A stretch of 64,000 nucleotides of DNA from assembly GCA_965228875.1 (NCBI GenBank), contig OZ245843.1, positions 664,616 through 728,615 on the forward strand, in the 5' to 3' direction. The notes under the pieces were generated by a model. That model was given only the letters and a program-made list of their open reading frames with translations. It had not been told where the DNA came from and searched no databases. The DNA comes from Thalassobaculaceae bacterium. Lineage in GTDB: Bacteria > Pseudomonadota > Alphaproteobacteria > Thalassobaculales > Thalassobaculaceae. Below, piece after piece: positions 28,813 to 37,895 of the stretch. Position 1 is the first letter of the stretch; each line of letters starts with the position of its first letter. A program made the translations under genes and the position numbers.

Positions 28813-31263
28813 TCAGATGAGATAGTCGGCGTTGAACTGGAACATCCGGCCTTCGTCCGCGCCGTAGAACAGATAGTGGATCACGGGGTTGAGACCGGAG
28901 GCGGCAACGTCCGGATTGTCCGCAAGATAGGCATCGGCGTCGAACCACCGGGACGGATCTCGTCCCTCCTGGTGGCCGAACGTCGTGTAGTGCAGGAACG
29001 GGTTGACGCCCTGCTCCCGCACGTCCGGGTTCTCGTCCAGGTAGGCGTTGCCGTCGAACAGCATATTGGGATCCCGACCCTCCAGTCCGCCGGAGTCCAG
29101 GTAGTGGTTGTAGGCGGTCGTCTGGTCGTATCCGGACCGGGCCACATCCGGATTGCTCTCCAGATAGGTTACCGCATCGAAGCCGGCGATGTCGGTTCCG
29201 TCGACCGTGTCGACCAACCTGTTGCCGTCGTCGAAGGCGACGATCTCGACATCGCTGAGAATGTCGGTCTCGCTGCCGTAGACCACCTGAACCGTCCCGT
29301 CGGGCAGGATGCTGAGGCTGTAGTCGCTCGACAGGCCCGTGTACCGCGCGATGTCGGTCCCGCGGCCACCGTCCAGGTAGTCGTCCCCGTCGCCCCCGAA
29401 AAGAAAGTCCTCGCCACGGCCGCCGAACAGGCTGTCCGCGCCGTCGGATCCCACCAGCGTGTCGTCGCCGTCGCCGGTGTAGGCGGTCTCGATGACGGTA
29501 CCCGTCGCGAGCGAGAAGTCGGCGGTGCCGATCGAGCCGACGCCGCCGTCCAGTCGGATGACCGCGTCGACGGTGAGTGCGGCGGCGTTGATCTGATCGG
29601 TGCCGCCATCCGTGTCCGACAGGACGGACCGGGTGGTGTCCGCGGCCGCCAGGTCGACGTACTGATCGGTGTAGATGTAGCGGTCGTCGACCGTCGTCTC
29701 GCCCCCGTACAGGGACAGGGAACTGGATTCCAGGACCGCTCCGCCCTCCGAAGACATGTCGGTGATCTCGAGGGTCCAGGTACCGAGCGCCGACTCGCCA
29801 TATGACTGGGTCGTCATGAGATCGGCGTCGTCGGTCGTCAGGAAAGTGAGAATGACGTTCTCCGTGCCGTCATCGTCACCGTCACCGTCATCGTCGGTAG
29901 AGTTCGGATCGAAATGATCGTAGATGTCGTAGTCCGGCGTGTGGGCCAGATAGCTTACTGTCCCGTCCGGAGAGGTGAGGGCGATCTGAAGGTTGCCGAT
30001 GAAGCCGTTGCTGATGTCGAGCGATACGACCGCTTCCTCGACCCGCATGTCCAGGGTGACCTCGAAGGTCTCGACGACACTCGCGCTGCCTCCCGAGGGC
30101 AGCGACTGTGCCGACCCGCCGCTGATCGTCTGGATGTCCAGGTTGGCGTGCGTCCGCGCTACCGATGTCCAGGTCTCGGCAAGCCGGACGGCGGCCGCGG
30201 CGTCGACCTGGCCGAAGCCGAAGTCATGGCTGACCGTCAACCCGCCGCCGTTCCAGTCCTCGGCGCCGTTCGTCTGCTCGACCCACGGGTAGGCGAGGAC
30301 CTGAGCCACGGCGCTCGTGACGAAGGGCTCGTCCTCGGAGGAAAAGGTTTCGGTTCCCAAGAAACGGGAGTGGCCGGCCAGGAGCTCGGCTTCAGTCAGC
30401 GCCGATGCGCCGGTGTCATAGGCCGAATAGGCGAGGATGTCCTTGATGTCGCGGTATCCCAGTGTCGGGTTCGCTTCGAGGACCAGGGCTGCCACACCGG
30501 AGACGATGGGGGCGGAAAACGAGGTTCCGGTCGAATCAGCATACCCGTCATCGAAGCCGCTGACGCCAAAGACCTCGTCGCCTGGAGCGGCGACGAAGAC
30601 GTTCGAGCCCGGCGTCGAGAAGGTCGCGATCTTGCCGTCGCTGTCGGTCGCCGCAACCGAGATCTGAAATGGAGAATTGGTCGTTCGATCGGAGACGGCC
30701 TGCATGGTCGTCAGACGGTCGTTTCCGGCGGCGAACACGTTCAGGGTTCCAAGACCCTCCCGGCCATCCCGCGCGAGACTCTCGGTCGCGTCGGGCTCGG
30801 ACACGGTCAGAAAGAACACATTGCCGTAGCTGTTGTTGGTGACATCGGCGAAGTCCGCATGGGCCAGCGCCTCGTTCGTGTCCGCGAACACGCCCTCGTC
30901 GTCGGTGACACGGATACCGGTGAGCGTGGCGCCCCAGGCGACTCCGACCCCCAGGTTGCCGTCGAGGGCCGACGAGGCGAATCCGCCAACCGCGGTGCCG
31001 TGGGAGTCACTGTCGACGACCGGAGCCGCGTCGTCGCTCCCGGTAACGGAATTATAGTCGAGTTCCGTATCGTAGACGGGAGCGAGATCCGGATGGGTGT
31101 AGCGGACGCCATCGTCGACGATCGCAATCAGGACGCCGGCACCTGAGTAGTCGAACCAGGCCTCCGTGGCCCGGATGTCCATGCCGGCGGTTCCGAAGAA
31201 CTCTCCGGTGTTGTCGAGATGCCACTGCGCTGCGAACAGCGGTTCGGATGGATAGTAATGCAC
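28813..31263 (-). CDS. S8 (kexin-like) serine peptidase with P-domain, RTX Ca-binding repeats and C-terminal repeats
   Basis: Catalytic VDDGV / SHGTAV / AAGND / GTSFSAP, FGFG, GTWTLEITD, GGxGxD repeats; GTG start assumed. Confidence 0.9.
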   Translation of the reverse strand: MHYYPSEPLFAAQWHLDNTGEFFGTAGMDIRATEAWFDYSGAGVLIAIVDDGVRYTHPDLAPVYDTELDYNSVTGSDDAAPVVDSDSHGTAVGGFASSALDGNLGVGVAWGATLTGIRVTDDEGVFADTNEALAHADFADVTNNSYGNVFFLTVSEPDATESLARDGREGLGTLNVFAAGNDRLTTMQAVSDRTTNSPFQISVAATDSDGKIATFSTPGSNVFVAAPGDEVFGVSGFDDGYADSTGTSFSAPIVSGVAALVLEANPTLGYRDIKDILAYSAYDTGASALTEAELLAGHSRFLGTETFSSEDEPFVTSAVAQVLAYPWVEQTNGAEDWNGGGLTVSHDFGFGQVDAAAAVRLAETWTSVARTHANLDIQTISGGSAQSLPSGGSASVVETFEVTLDMRVEEAVVSLDISNGFIGNLQIALTSPDGTVSYLAHTPDYDIYDHFDPNSTDDDGDGDDDGTENVILTFLTTDDADLMTTQSYGESALGTWTLEITDMSSEGGAVLESSSLSLYGGETTVDDRYIYTDQYVDLAAADTTRSVLSDTDGGTDQINAAALTVDAVIRLDGGVGSIGTADFSLATGTVIETAYTGDGDDTLVGSDGADSLFGGRGEDFLFGGDGDDYLDGGRGTDIARYTGLSSDYSLSILPDGTVQVVYGSETDILSDVEIVAFDDGNRLVDTVDGTDIAGFDAVTYLESNPDVARSGYDQTTAYNHYLDSGGLEGRDPNMLFDGNAYLDENPDVREQGVNPFLHYTTFGHQEGRDPSRWFDADAYLADNPDVAASGLNPVIHYLFYGADEGRMFQFNADYLI

Positions 31264-31489
31264 TGTGCCCCCCGCACCTTTTTCCGATGCCTGCGGTCGT
31301 GTCGGTCCCGCGCGTTCCCTCGACACGTGCCGCCATAGCGGTCGCTTCACTCCCGGATGACGGAAGGGTAGTCAGATACGCTTGCGTATGGGAGACCCGA
31401 AATCCGACGGGGGGCTGCCCCTTATGCTACGGGCCCATCGGCCGGGTCGAGCGTTCCCGGCTTCGGGGGAGGCGGCAGCCCGAGAGGAA

Positions 31490-32806
31490 CTACATCCCCA
31501 CGAGGAACAGCGTGATCGCCGGGAACAGGGTGAGGATGACCACGCGGACCAGGTCGCTGACCAGGAACGGCACGGTGCCGCGATAGGTCTGCGCCATCGG
31601 CACGTCGCCGGCCATCGAGTTGATGACGAACAGGTTCATGCCGACGGGCGGTGTAATCAGGCCGACTTCGACCACGATCAGCACCAGGATGCCGAACCAG
31701 AGGGCGAAGGCCTCCGGATCCATGGCGAAATCCAGTTCCGAGACGACCGGAAAGAAGATCGGCACGGTCAGGAGGATCATCGACAGCGAGTCCATGAAGC
31801 AGCCGAGGATCAGGTAGAGCACCAGGATCGCCGCCAGCACGGTGTAAGGCGGGAAGCCCTGGGTGGTCACCCACTCCGCCGCCTCCTGCGGCAGCTGCGC
31901 GAAGGCGAGGAAGGTGTTGAACACCGCAGCGCCGAGCACGATGAAGAAGATCATCGCGGTCGACGAGGCGGTCTGCAGGAGCGAGGTCTTCAGCTTCTCG
32001 AGCGTCAGGCCGCGGTTCGCCAGCGCGATGAGGCCGGTGCCGGCGGCGCCGAACGCCGCCCCCTCGGTCGGCGTGAAGATGCCGGCATAGATGCCGCCGA
32101 CGACGACCGCGAACACCGTGAGGACCGGCCAGATCCGCCACAGGGCCCGGAAGCGGTCAGCCATCGGCGCCGGATCGCGGTGACCGGCGCTCTGCGGATT
32201 GAGTCGGACATAAACGGCGATCGCCAGCATGTAGCCGACTGCGGCCAGGATGCCGGGCACCACGGCGGCGACGAACAGCTTGGCGATGTTCTGCTCGGTC
32301 AGGATGGCGTAGATCACCAGCACCACCGAGGGCGGGATCAGGATGCCGAGCGTGCCGCCGGCCGCGAGCGCGCCCGTCGACAGCGCGCCGGAATAGCCGA
32401 AGCGCTTGAGCTCTGGCAGCGCGACCTGGGCCATCGTCGCCGCCGTGGCGAGGGACGACCCGCAGATCGCGCCGAACCCGCCGCAGGCGCCGACCGCGGC
32501 CATCGCCACCCCGCCCTTGCGGTGGCCGAGCCAGGACTCCGCCGCGTCGAACAGCGCCTTGGACAGGCCGCCATGGGTGGCGAACTGGCCCATCAGCAGG
32601 AACAGCGGGATGATCCCCAGTGAATAGTTGGAGAACGTGTCGTAGGTCATCGACTTCATCTGCGACATGACCTGGAGCCAGGAGCCGTTGACCAGGACCG
32701 AACCGGCGATCCCGAGGCCGAGCATCGCCAGTCCGATCGGCATCCGCAGACCGATCAGCAGCAGCAGGACCGGGAACGACCAGAGGGCGATCTCGAGCTT
32801 GTCCAT
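31490..32806 (-). CDS. TRAP transporter large permease (DctM)
   Basis: IPLFLLMGQFA, GSSLATAATM, GGTLGILIPPS, FTPTEG, GLITPPVGMNLFV. Confidence 0.93.
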   Translation of the reverse strand: MDKLEIALWSFPVLLLLIGLRMPIGLAMLGLGIAGSVLVNGSWLQVMSQMKSMTYDTFSNYSLGIIPLFLLMGQFATHGGLSKALFDAAESWLGHRKGGVAMAAVGACGGFGAICGSSLATAATMAQVALPELKRFGYSGALSTGALAAGGTLGILIPPSVVLVIYAILTEQNIAKLFVAAVVPGILAAVGYMLAIAVYVRLNPQSAGHRDPAPMADRFRALWRIWPVLTVFAVVVGGIYAGIFTPTEGAAFGAAGTGLIALANRGLTLEKLKTSLLQTASSTAMIFFIVLGAAVFNTFLAFAQLPQEAAEWVTTQGFPPYTVLAAILVLYLILGCFMDSLSMILLTVPIFFPVVSELDFAMDPEAFALWFGILVLIVVEVGLITPPVGMNLFVINSMAGDVPMAQTYRGTVPFLVSDLVRVVILTLFPAITLFLVGM

Positions 32807-33327
32807 CAGACCGGCTCCCCGCGCGCGAAGGCGGCCCGGGTCTCGACGACGCTGCGCACCACGGTCCAGGCGGCGACAACGACGAACACCCCGGCGACCG
32901 GGACGCAGACCGCGTAACCCCACCAGACCGGAAACTGCAGGATGAAGGTGGTCTCGTTGTACTGCATCTTGTCCAGCATGCCGGCCCACAGGCGCCACAG
33001 GATGAAGCCGGCGACGACCGTCATCAGCGCGTTGAAAAGAACAGAGAGGGCGGCGTCGGCGCGCGGGCCGAGCAGTTCGACGAAGACGTCGACGGCGACG
33101 TGGCCGCGCTGGATCTGGCACCAGGGCAGAAAGCAGAAGATCGCCAGGGCCGTCGCCGCCTCGACTAATTCGAAATCGCCGGGAACCGGAGCGAGACCGG
33201 CCCAGACCAGGGCCCGGCCGCTGACGCTGACGACGACCAGGACGGTCACCAGGATGAGCAGCACGCCGCCGAGCAGGGCCAGCAGGCGGGACAGGCCGGT
33301 CAGCAGGTCGCAGAGTGTCCGGTACAC
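32806..33327 (-). CDS. TRAP transporter small permease (DctQ)
   Basis: GDFELVE, GHVAVDVF, four TM helices. Confidence 0.9.
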   Translation of the reverse strand: MYRTLCDLLTGLSRLLALLGGVLLILVTVLVVVSVSGRALVWAGLAPVPGDFELVEAATALAIFCFLPWCQIQRGHVAVDVFVELLGPRADAALSVLFNALMTVVAGFILWRLWAGMLDKMQYNETTFILQFPVWWGYAVCVPVAGVFVVVAAWTVVRSVVETRAAFARGEPV

Positions 33328-33360
33328 GCGCTCACCCTTCGTTCGATGTCGAGCAGGCTA

Positions 33361-33391
33361 AAGAAAAGGCAGGCGGGAGTCCCGCCTGCCT
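33361..33391 (-). terminator. Intrinsic-terminator-like hairpin between dctP and dctQ
   Basis: Minus strand reads AGGCAGGCGGGA-C-TCCCGCCTGCCT-TTTCTT. Confidence 0.75.
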
Positions 33392-33413
33392 CGTCGGATA
33401 CGCCGTGCCGGCG

Positions 33414-34442
33414 TTACTGCGCCTCGGCCTCCAGCAGCGCGCGGGCGTCGGCGGCCAGACCCGTGCCGTCCATGCCCTTGGCATCCATCTCCGCGACCCA
33501 GGCATCGACCACGGGGGCCGCGGCGGCCTTCCAGCGCGCGGCTTCGGCCTCATCGAGGGTGATGATGGTGTTGCCCGACTTCTGCGCCTTGGCCTGGCCG
33601 ATCTGATCGACCTCGTCCATCACGCGGCCGGCCCAGGCGGCGGCGGCGACGCCGGAGTTGTCGTCGATCACCTTCTTGAGGTCGTCAGGCAGCGCATCGT
33701 AGCTGCCCTTGTTCATGGCGAACATGAACGTGGCGGTGTACAGGCCGCGGTCGCCGGAGAAGCCGGTGTGATTGCCCACCAGTTCGGTCATCTTCAGCGG
33801 CAGGGTCACCTCCCACGGGATCACCGCGCCGTCGATCACGCCCTTGGAAACCGCCTCGGGAACCGCCGGCACCGGCATGCCGACCGCCACCGCGCCGAGT
33901 TCCTCGAGCAGGCTGGTGATCACACGGGTCGGTCCGCGCAGTTTCATGCCCTGAAGATCCTCGAGCTTGTTCACCGGGCTCTTCGAGTGGATCAGGCCCT
34001 GGCCGTGGGCGTGCACGGCGATGATCTTCAGGCCCGGAAAGTCGTTCTGCATATGCTTGTCGGCATATTTCTGGAACGCGATAGAGGTCTGCTCGCCGTT
34101 GGTGACCATGAACGGCAGTTCGAACGCCTCGGCGCGAGGGAAGCGGCCCGGCGTGTAGCCCAGCACCGTCCAGACCATGTCGACCACGCCGTCGGTCACC
34201 TGCTGCGCCAGTTCCGGCGGCTTGCCGCCGAGCTGCATCGACGGGTAGTGCTCGACCTCGATCCGCCCGCCGGACTCCTTCTCGACCTTCTCGCTCCAGG
34301 GCTCCAGGAACTTGCCGGGGATGGCGGCTTTCAGGGGCAGGAACTGGTGCAGTTTCAGCGTGACCTCGGCGGCCGTGGCCGGCCCGGCGATCGACAGAAC
34401 GCCGGCGGCTACGACGCCCGCGGAGAGCAGTTTCTTGAGCAT
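33414..34442 (-). CDS. TRAP transporter substrate-binding protein (DctP family)
   Basis: LKLHQFLP, YPSMQLGG, GYTPGRFP, conserved Arg in KLRGP; signal peptide. Confidence 0.92.
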   Translation of the reverse strand: MLKKLLSAGVVAAGVLSIAGPATAAEVTLKLHQFLPLKAAIPGKFLEPWSEKVEKESGGRIEVEHYPSMQLGGKPPELAQQVTDGVVDMVWTVLGYTPGRFPRAEAFELPFMVTNGEQTSIAFQKYADKHMQNDFPGLKIIAVHAHGQGLIHSKSPVNKLEDLQGMKLRGPTRVITSLLEELGAVAVGMPVPAVPEAVSKGVIDGAVIPWEVTLPLKMTELVGNHTGFSGDRGLYTATFMFAMNKGSYDALPDDLKKVIDDNSGVAAAAWAGRVMDEVDQIGQAKAQKSGNTIITLDEAEAARWKAAAAPVVDAWVAEMDAKGMDGTGLAADARALLEAEAQ

Positions 34443-34590
34443 TGATCGGTCCTCCCTATTGCTCATTTTCCGGTTGTTTAGACTGTTTCCAAAATGGTCG
34501 ACAAGGTCGTTGTTCCCGGGACCGCATCTCGGTCCCGCCACCCGTAGGTCGCTCGGCGCGATCAGGGTCGTGCATCTCCAGCGTCTCCCG

Positions 34591-35328
34591 TTACTCCGAT
34601 ACCAGGGCGAGGCCCGGCACCTTTGTCATCAGCCTGCGGTCCACGATCACCACGTCCAGGTTCGTAAGGGCCAGGCGCGCGTGCTCCCGCGCGACGGCCT
34701 CGGCCCGAGCACCCTCGCGCAGTTCGATCGCGTTGACGATGGCCCGGTGCTGCGCCTGCGCGACGATGAGGGAGGTCCAGATCTCCGGCATCTCCGACTG
34801 GGCCGAGATGAAGGAATTCGGCGCGGCGAAGGAGAGCTTCGTCACCCGTTCCAGCTCGCGACGGATGATGTCGCTGCCCGACAGTGCGTGCAGTTGGTCG
34901 TGAAAGTCGCCGTTGCGGTCGCTGTAGGCCCGGAAGTCCATGTCGTCCTGAGCGGCGACGATACGGTCGAGGTCCACCAGGAGGGCGTGCATGGATCGCA
35001 GGCGGGCCGGGGCGACGCCGCGCTCGGCGGCAAACCGGGCGGCGGTTCCTTCGAGCACGCCCCGCAGTTCGATCGCATCGGCGACGTCGGCCGGGGTGAA
35101 CCCGCGCACCGCATAACCGCCCGAAGGTATCGCCTCCAGCACGCCTTCCTGGGCCAGCTGGGCAAGCGCGGCGCGGATCGGCGTGCGCGACAGTCCGAAC
35201 TGCGCGGAGAGGTTCACCTCCGACAGCCGCTCGCCGGGAGCGACCTGTCCGGAGAAGACCAGTTCGCGGATGCCAAGCAGTGCCTTGAAGCTCTGTGAAC
35301 CACTGCCTTTGGGCTGGTTGGTCGACAT
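34591..35328 (-). CDS. GntR/FCD transcriptional regulator (VanR-like)
   Basis: PGERLSE...SRTPIRAAL HTH; AIELRGVLEGTAARFAAERG, QAQHRAIV, REHARLA. Confidence 0.9.
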   Translation of the reverse strand: MSTNQPKGSGSQSFKALLGIRELVFSGQVAPGERLSEVNLSAQFGLSRTPIRAALAQLAQEGVLEAIPSGGYAVRGFTPADVADAIELRGVLEGTAARFAAERGVAPARLRSMHALLVDLDRIVAAQDDMDFRAYSDRNGDFHDQLHALSGSDIIRRELERVTKLSFAAPNSFISAQSEMPEIWTSLIVAQAQHRAIVNAIELREGARAEAVAREHARLALTNLDVVIVDRRLMTKVPGLALVSE

Positions 35329-35369
35329 CTCTTATCCCAGGCCGCCGACGTGGCCGTATAGAAGAGCGA

Positions 35370-35556
35370 CATGTATACAAGGCTGTTGTAGCTGGTGGGA
35401 TAAGGCCTGTAGCGGTTGGAGTCTGACCCCTGCAGGATTGAGGGGAAAGCGCCAGATATTGCCGCCTACAGCGTCCCGTGCGCCCAAGGGTGTGTGCCCA
35501 TCTGTCAAGCGTTTCCTCCCGATCCTCTATTGTGATCGTACACGTATTGTATACAT
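35370..35556. promoter_or_regulatory. Two TGTATACA GntR-type operators
   Basis: CATGTATACAAG (35370-35381) and ATTGTATACATG (from 35546) are inverted copies of TTGTATACATG. Confidence 0.7.
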
Positions 35557-35740
35557 GATGCATCGGCAGGATGGCAACGAGACGCGGGCGATCGTGACTC
35601 CCCGCGGGGTGGGGTGGTCAATCGGACCTCGACCCGAACGCCGGCCCGGACTGTTCGCCACCGACCGGAGGCAACGCGGACTTTCAGGGATGCAGGCTTC
35701 CGGGGATTCGGGCTTGCAGGGACGTGAATCCCAGGCGTCG

Positions 35741-35756
35741 TTAACGTTATTTTTAC
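35741..35756 (+). promoter_or_regulatory. Near-consensus CtrA box
   Basis: TTAA-CGTTATT-TTTAC, 40 nt before the 35797 ATG. Confidence 0.6.
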
Positions 35757-35796
35757 ATCGTTGACCTAGCTTTCAGGTCGTTCTCGGGAGGACAGA

Positions 35797-36840
35797 ATGG
35801 CCGACGCCGCTCAATCCGACGGTCAGGGCAAGAAGAACTATGATTTCGGCGCCTCCGAGGCTGCCGTCGATCGGCTCTACGCCCTGCCGCTGCATGACGT
35901 GCCGCTTCAGACCCTGGGTCTGAAGAAGGCGACGATGATCAAGAACGCCCATCTCGAAAGCGTGGTCGAGCTGTTTCGCGGTGAGGGGATCGGCAGCGGT
36001 CAGATCCGGATCGACGAGATTCCCCAGTTCTTCGATCAGGACCCGAAGACCCTCGAGGCCGATGTCGAGATCCTGCGCCGTCTGGCCGAACTCGAGAGCT
36101 TCGACGTCTTCTCCCTGCGCATCGAACTGCGGCGGATCGACGTCGACTTCACCGGCACCGATGCGCTCAATCTCTCGCCGGAGAAACGGGCCGAACTGTC
36201 GGAGTACATGGCGTCTTTCACCCGGCCGCTGATCATGAAGATCTACGGTCAGCAGCAGGACGCGTCGGAGGCCAGCGAGCTTATCGACCTGGTGCGCAAG
36301 CCCAATCGCGACGATGCGATGAGGGCGCTCAAGGAGTTGGCGGACACGCTGAAGATCGGCCTCGACGATGTGCCCAAGTTTCTGGAGGAATGCGGCGACG
36401 TCTTCCTCAGCCTCAGCTACTTCCGTGACGCGCTGGACGAGGTGACCGGGGCGATCCCCGACATGATCGACTGGATGAACGATCTGAACGACAACTTCCA
36501 GATCCGCTCGGATCCGGCCAACCAGCGTGTCATCTCCGAGATCGCCGCCGACCTGACCGATATCTCCACGAGTCTGGTCGGTCGCTTCGACATGTTCGAC
36601 CAGCGCTCGCAGAAGCTCTGGGACGACATCGACCCGCAGGCCTTCGAGGCCTTCCGCGACTTCGTGCGCGACCATCACGTCTCGCTAGCGGCCGTGCTGT
36701 GCGGCCTGACGGTGAAGATGAAACTTTGGACCGAGCGGTTTCCGTCGCGCGGCGGCGCCCCGATGAAGCGCCTCGAATTCATCAAGGGCGAGATGCTGCC
36801 GGGCCTGGCGCGGATCAAGAAGCGCGAGACCGGTCACTAA
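35797..36840 (+). CDS. Hypothetical cytoplasmic protein (347 aa) upstream of cheWYR
   Basis: GGGAGG RBS, host-like codon bias; no domain recognised. Confidence 0.85.
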   Translation: MADAAQSDGQGKKNYDFGASEAAVDRLYALPLHDVPLQTLGLKKATMIKNAHLESVVELFRGEGIGSGQIRIDEIPQFFDQDPKTLEADVEILRRLAELESFDVFSLRIELRRIDVDFTGTDALNLSPEKRAELSEYMASFTRPLIMKIYGQQQDASEASELIDLVRKPNRDDAMRALKELADTLKIGLDDVPKFLEECGDVFLSLSYFRDALDEVTGAIPDMIDWMNDLNDNFQIRSDPANQRVISEIAADLTDISTSLVGRFDMFDQRSQKLWDDIDPQAFEAFRDFVRDHHVSLAAVLCGLTVKMKLWTERFPSRGGAPMKRLEFIKGEMLPGLARIKKRETGH

Positions 36841-36893
36841 TCGCCCGGGCCCATCGGATGGCGCCCGCAAAAAAAATCTCAGCAAAGATCGTC

Positions 36894-36911
36894 GCGTTAA
36901 CCTTTCCTTTG
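36894..36911 (+). promoter_or_regulatory. CtrA-type element upstream of cheW copy 1
   Basis: GCGTTAACCTTTCCTTTG, nearly identical to the element upstream of ctrA. Confidence 0.55.
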
Positions 36912-36975
36912 CCGACCGCTTCGTAGAGTCGCTCTGGAACACAGCGGACCGGGTCCGCCGAGCAGGAGACACACG

Positions 36976-37446
36976 ATGAACGCGCTCACCCCGCAGACCA
37001 ATGATACCGGCGCCGCCATGACGCTGACCGACGTGATCCAGTTCGTGACCGTCAAGGTCGGGGGGCAGAGCTTCGGCATCCCGGTGCTGGACGTCGAGGA
37101 CATCATCGGGCCGCAGCCCGTCACCCGGGTCCCGCTGTCGCTGCCGGTGATCCGCGGGTCGTTGAACCTGCGTGGCCGTATCGTCACCGCGGTCGACCTG
37201 CGCACGCGTCTCTCGCTGCCGCCGGCGGACACGGACGCCCATATGAACGTGGTGGTGGAGTACAAGGGCGACCTCTACAGCCTGGTCGTCGATGAGGTCG
37301 GAGACGTCCTGAGCCTCTCGTCCGCCGCGATCGACCCGCACCCGGCGACCATGTCGGCCAAGCTGCGTGAAGTCTCCAACGGCATCCATAAGCTGGAAGG
37401 CGAGCTGCTGGTGCTGCTCGACGTCTCCGAGGTCCTTTCTTTCTGA
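36976..37446 (+). CDS. cheW: Chemotaxis coupling protein CheW (copy 1)
   Basis: FGIPV, TRVPLS, GSLNLRGRIVTAVDLR, LVVDEVGDV. Confidence 0.92.
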   Translation: MNALTPQTNDTGAAMTLTDVIQFVTVKVGGQSFGIPVLDVEDIIGPQPVTRVPLSLPVIRGSLNLRGRIVTAVDLRTRLSLPPADTDAHMNVVVEYKGDLYSLVVDEVGDVLSLSSAAIDPHPATMSAKLREVSNGIHKLEGELLVLLDVSEVLSF

Positions 37447-37488
37447 CGCCACGATCCGGGTCTCCGGCCCCTCACAGGAGGTGAGTTC

Positions 37489-37866
37489 ATGTCCATCTGT
37501 CTGATCGTCGATGACTCCTCTGTCGTGCGGAAAGTCGCACGTCGGATCGTCGAGAAGTTCGGCTACACGGTCGCCGAGGCGGCCGATGGCACCGACGCCC
37601 TGGATTACGTGACCAGCAATCCGATGCCGGAGGCGATCCTGCTCGACTGGAACATGCCGCAGATGCAGGGCATCGACTTCCTGGAGAACCTGCGCAAGCT
37701 GCCGGGCGGCAAGGAGCCCAAAGTGGTCTTCTGCACCACCGAGAACGACATGCAGAAGATCAGCCGCGCGCTGTGGGCGGGAGCCGACGAATACATCATG
37801 AAGCCCTTCGACGAGGACATTCTGGCGACCAAGTTCGCCACCGTCGGCCTGCGCTCCGCCGCCTGA
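37489..37866 (+). CDS. cheY: Chemotaxis response regulator CheY (copy 1)
   Basis: CLIVDDS, LLDWNMP, FCTTEND, YIMKPFD. Confidence 0.92.
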   Translation: MSICLIVDDSSVVRKVARRIVEKFGYTVAEAADGTDALDYVTSNPMPEAILLDWNMPQMQGIDFLENLRKLPGGKEPKVVFCTTENDMQKISRALWAGADEYIMKPFDEDILATKFATVGLRSAA

Positions 37867-37895
37867 ACCGCAACAAACGCGTCCAGGGGGTCGCC

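Noticed and set aside
28795..28820. GGATCAGATGAG repeated twice as a CRISPR or insertion scar
   Set aside because: Only two 12-nt copies 2 nt apart, one overlapping the protease stop codon; no spacers or cas genes.
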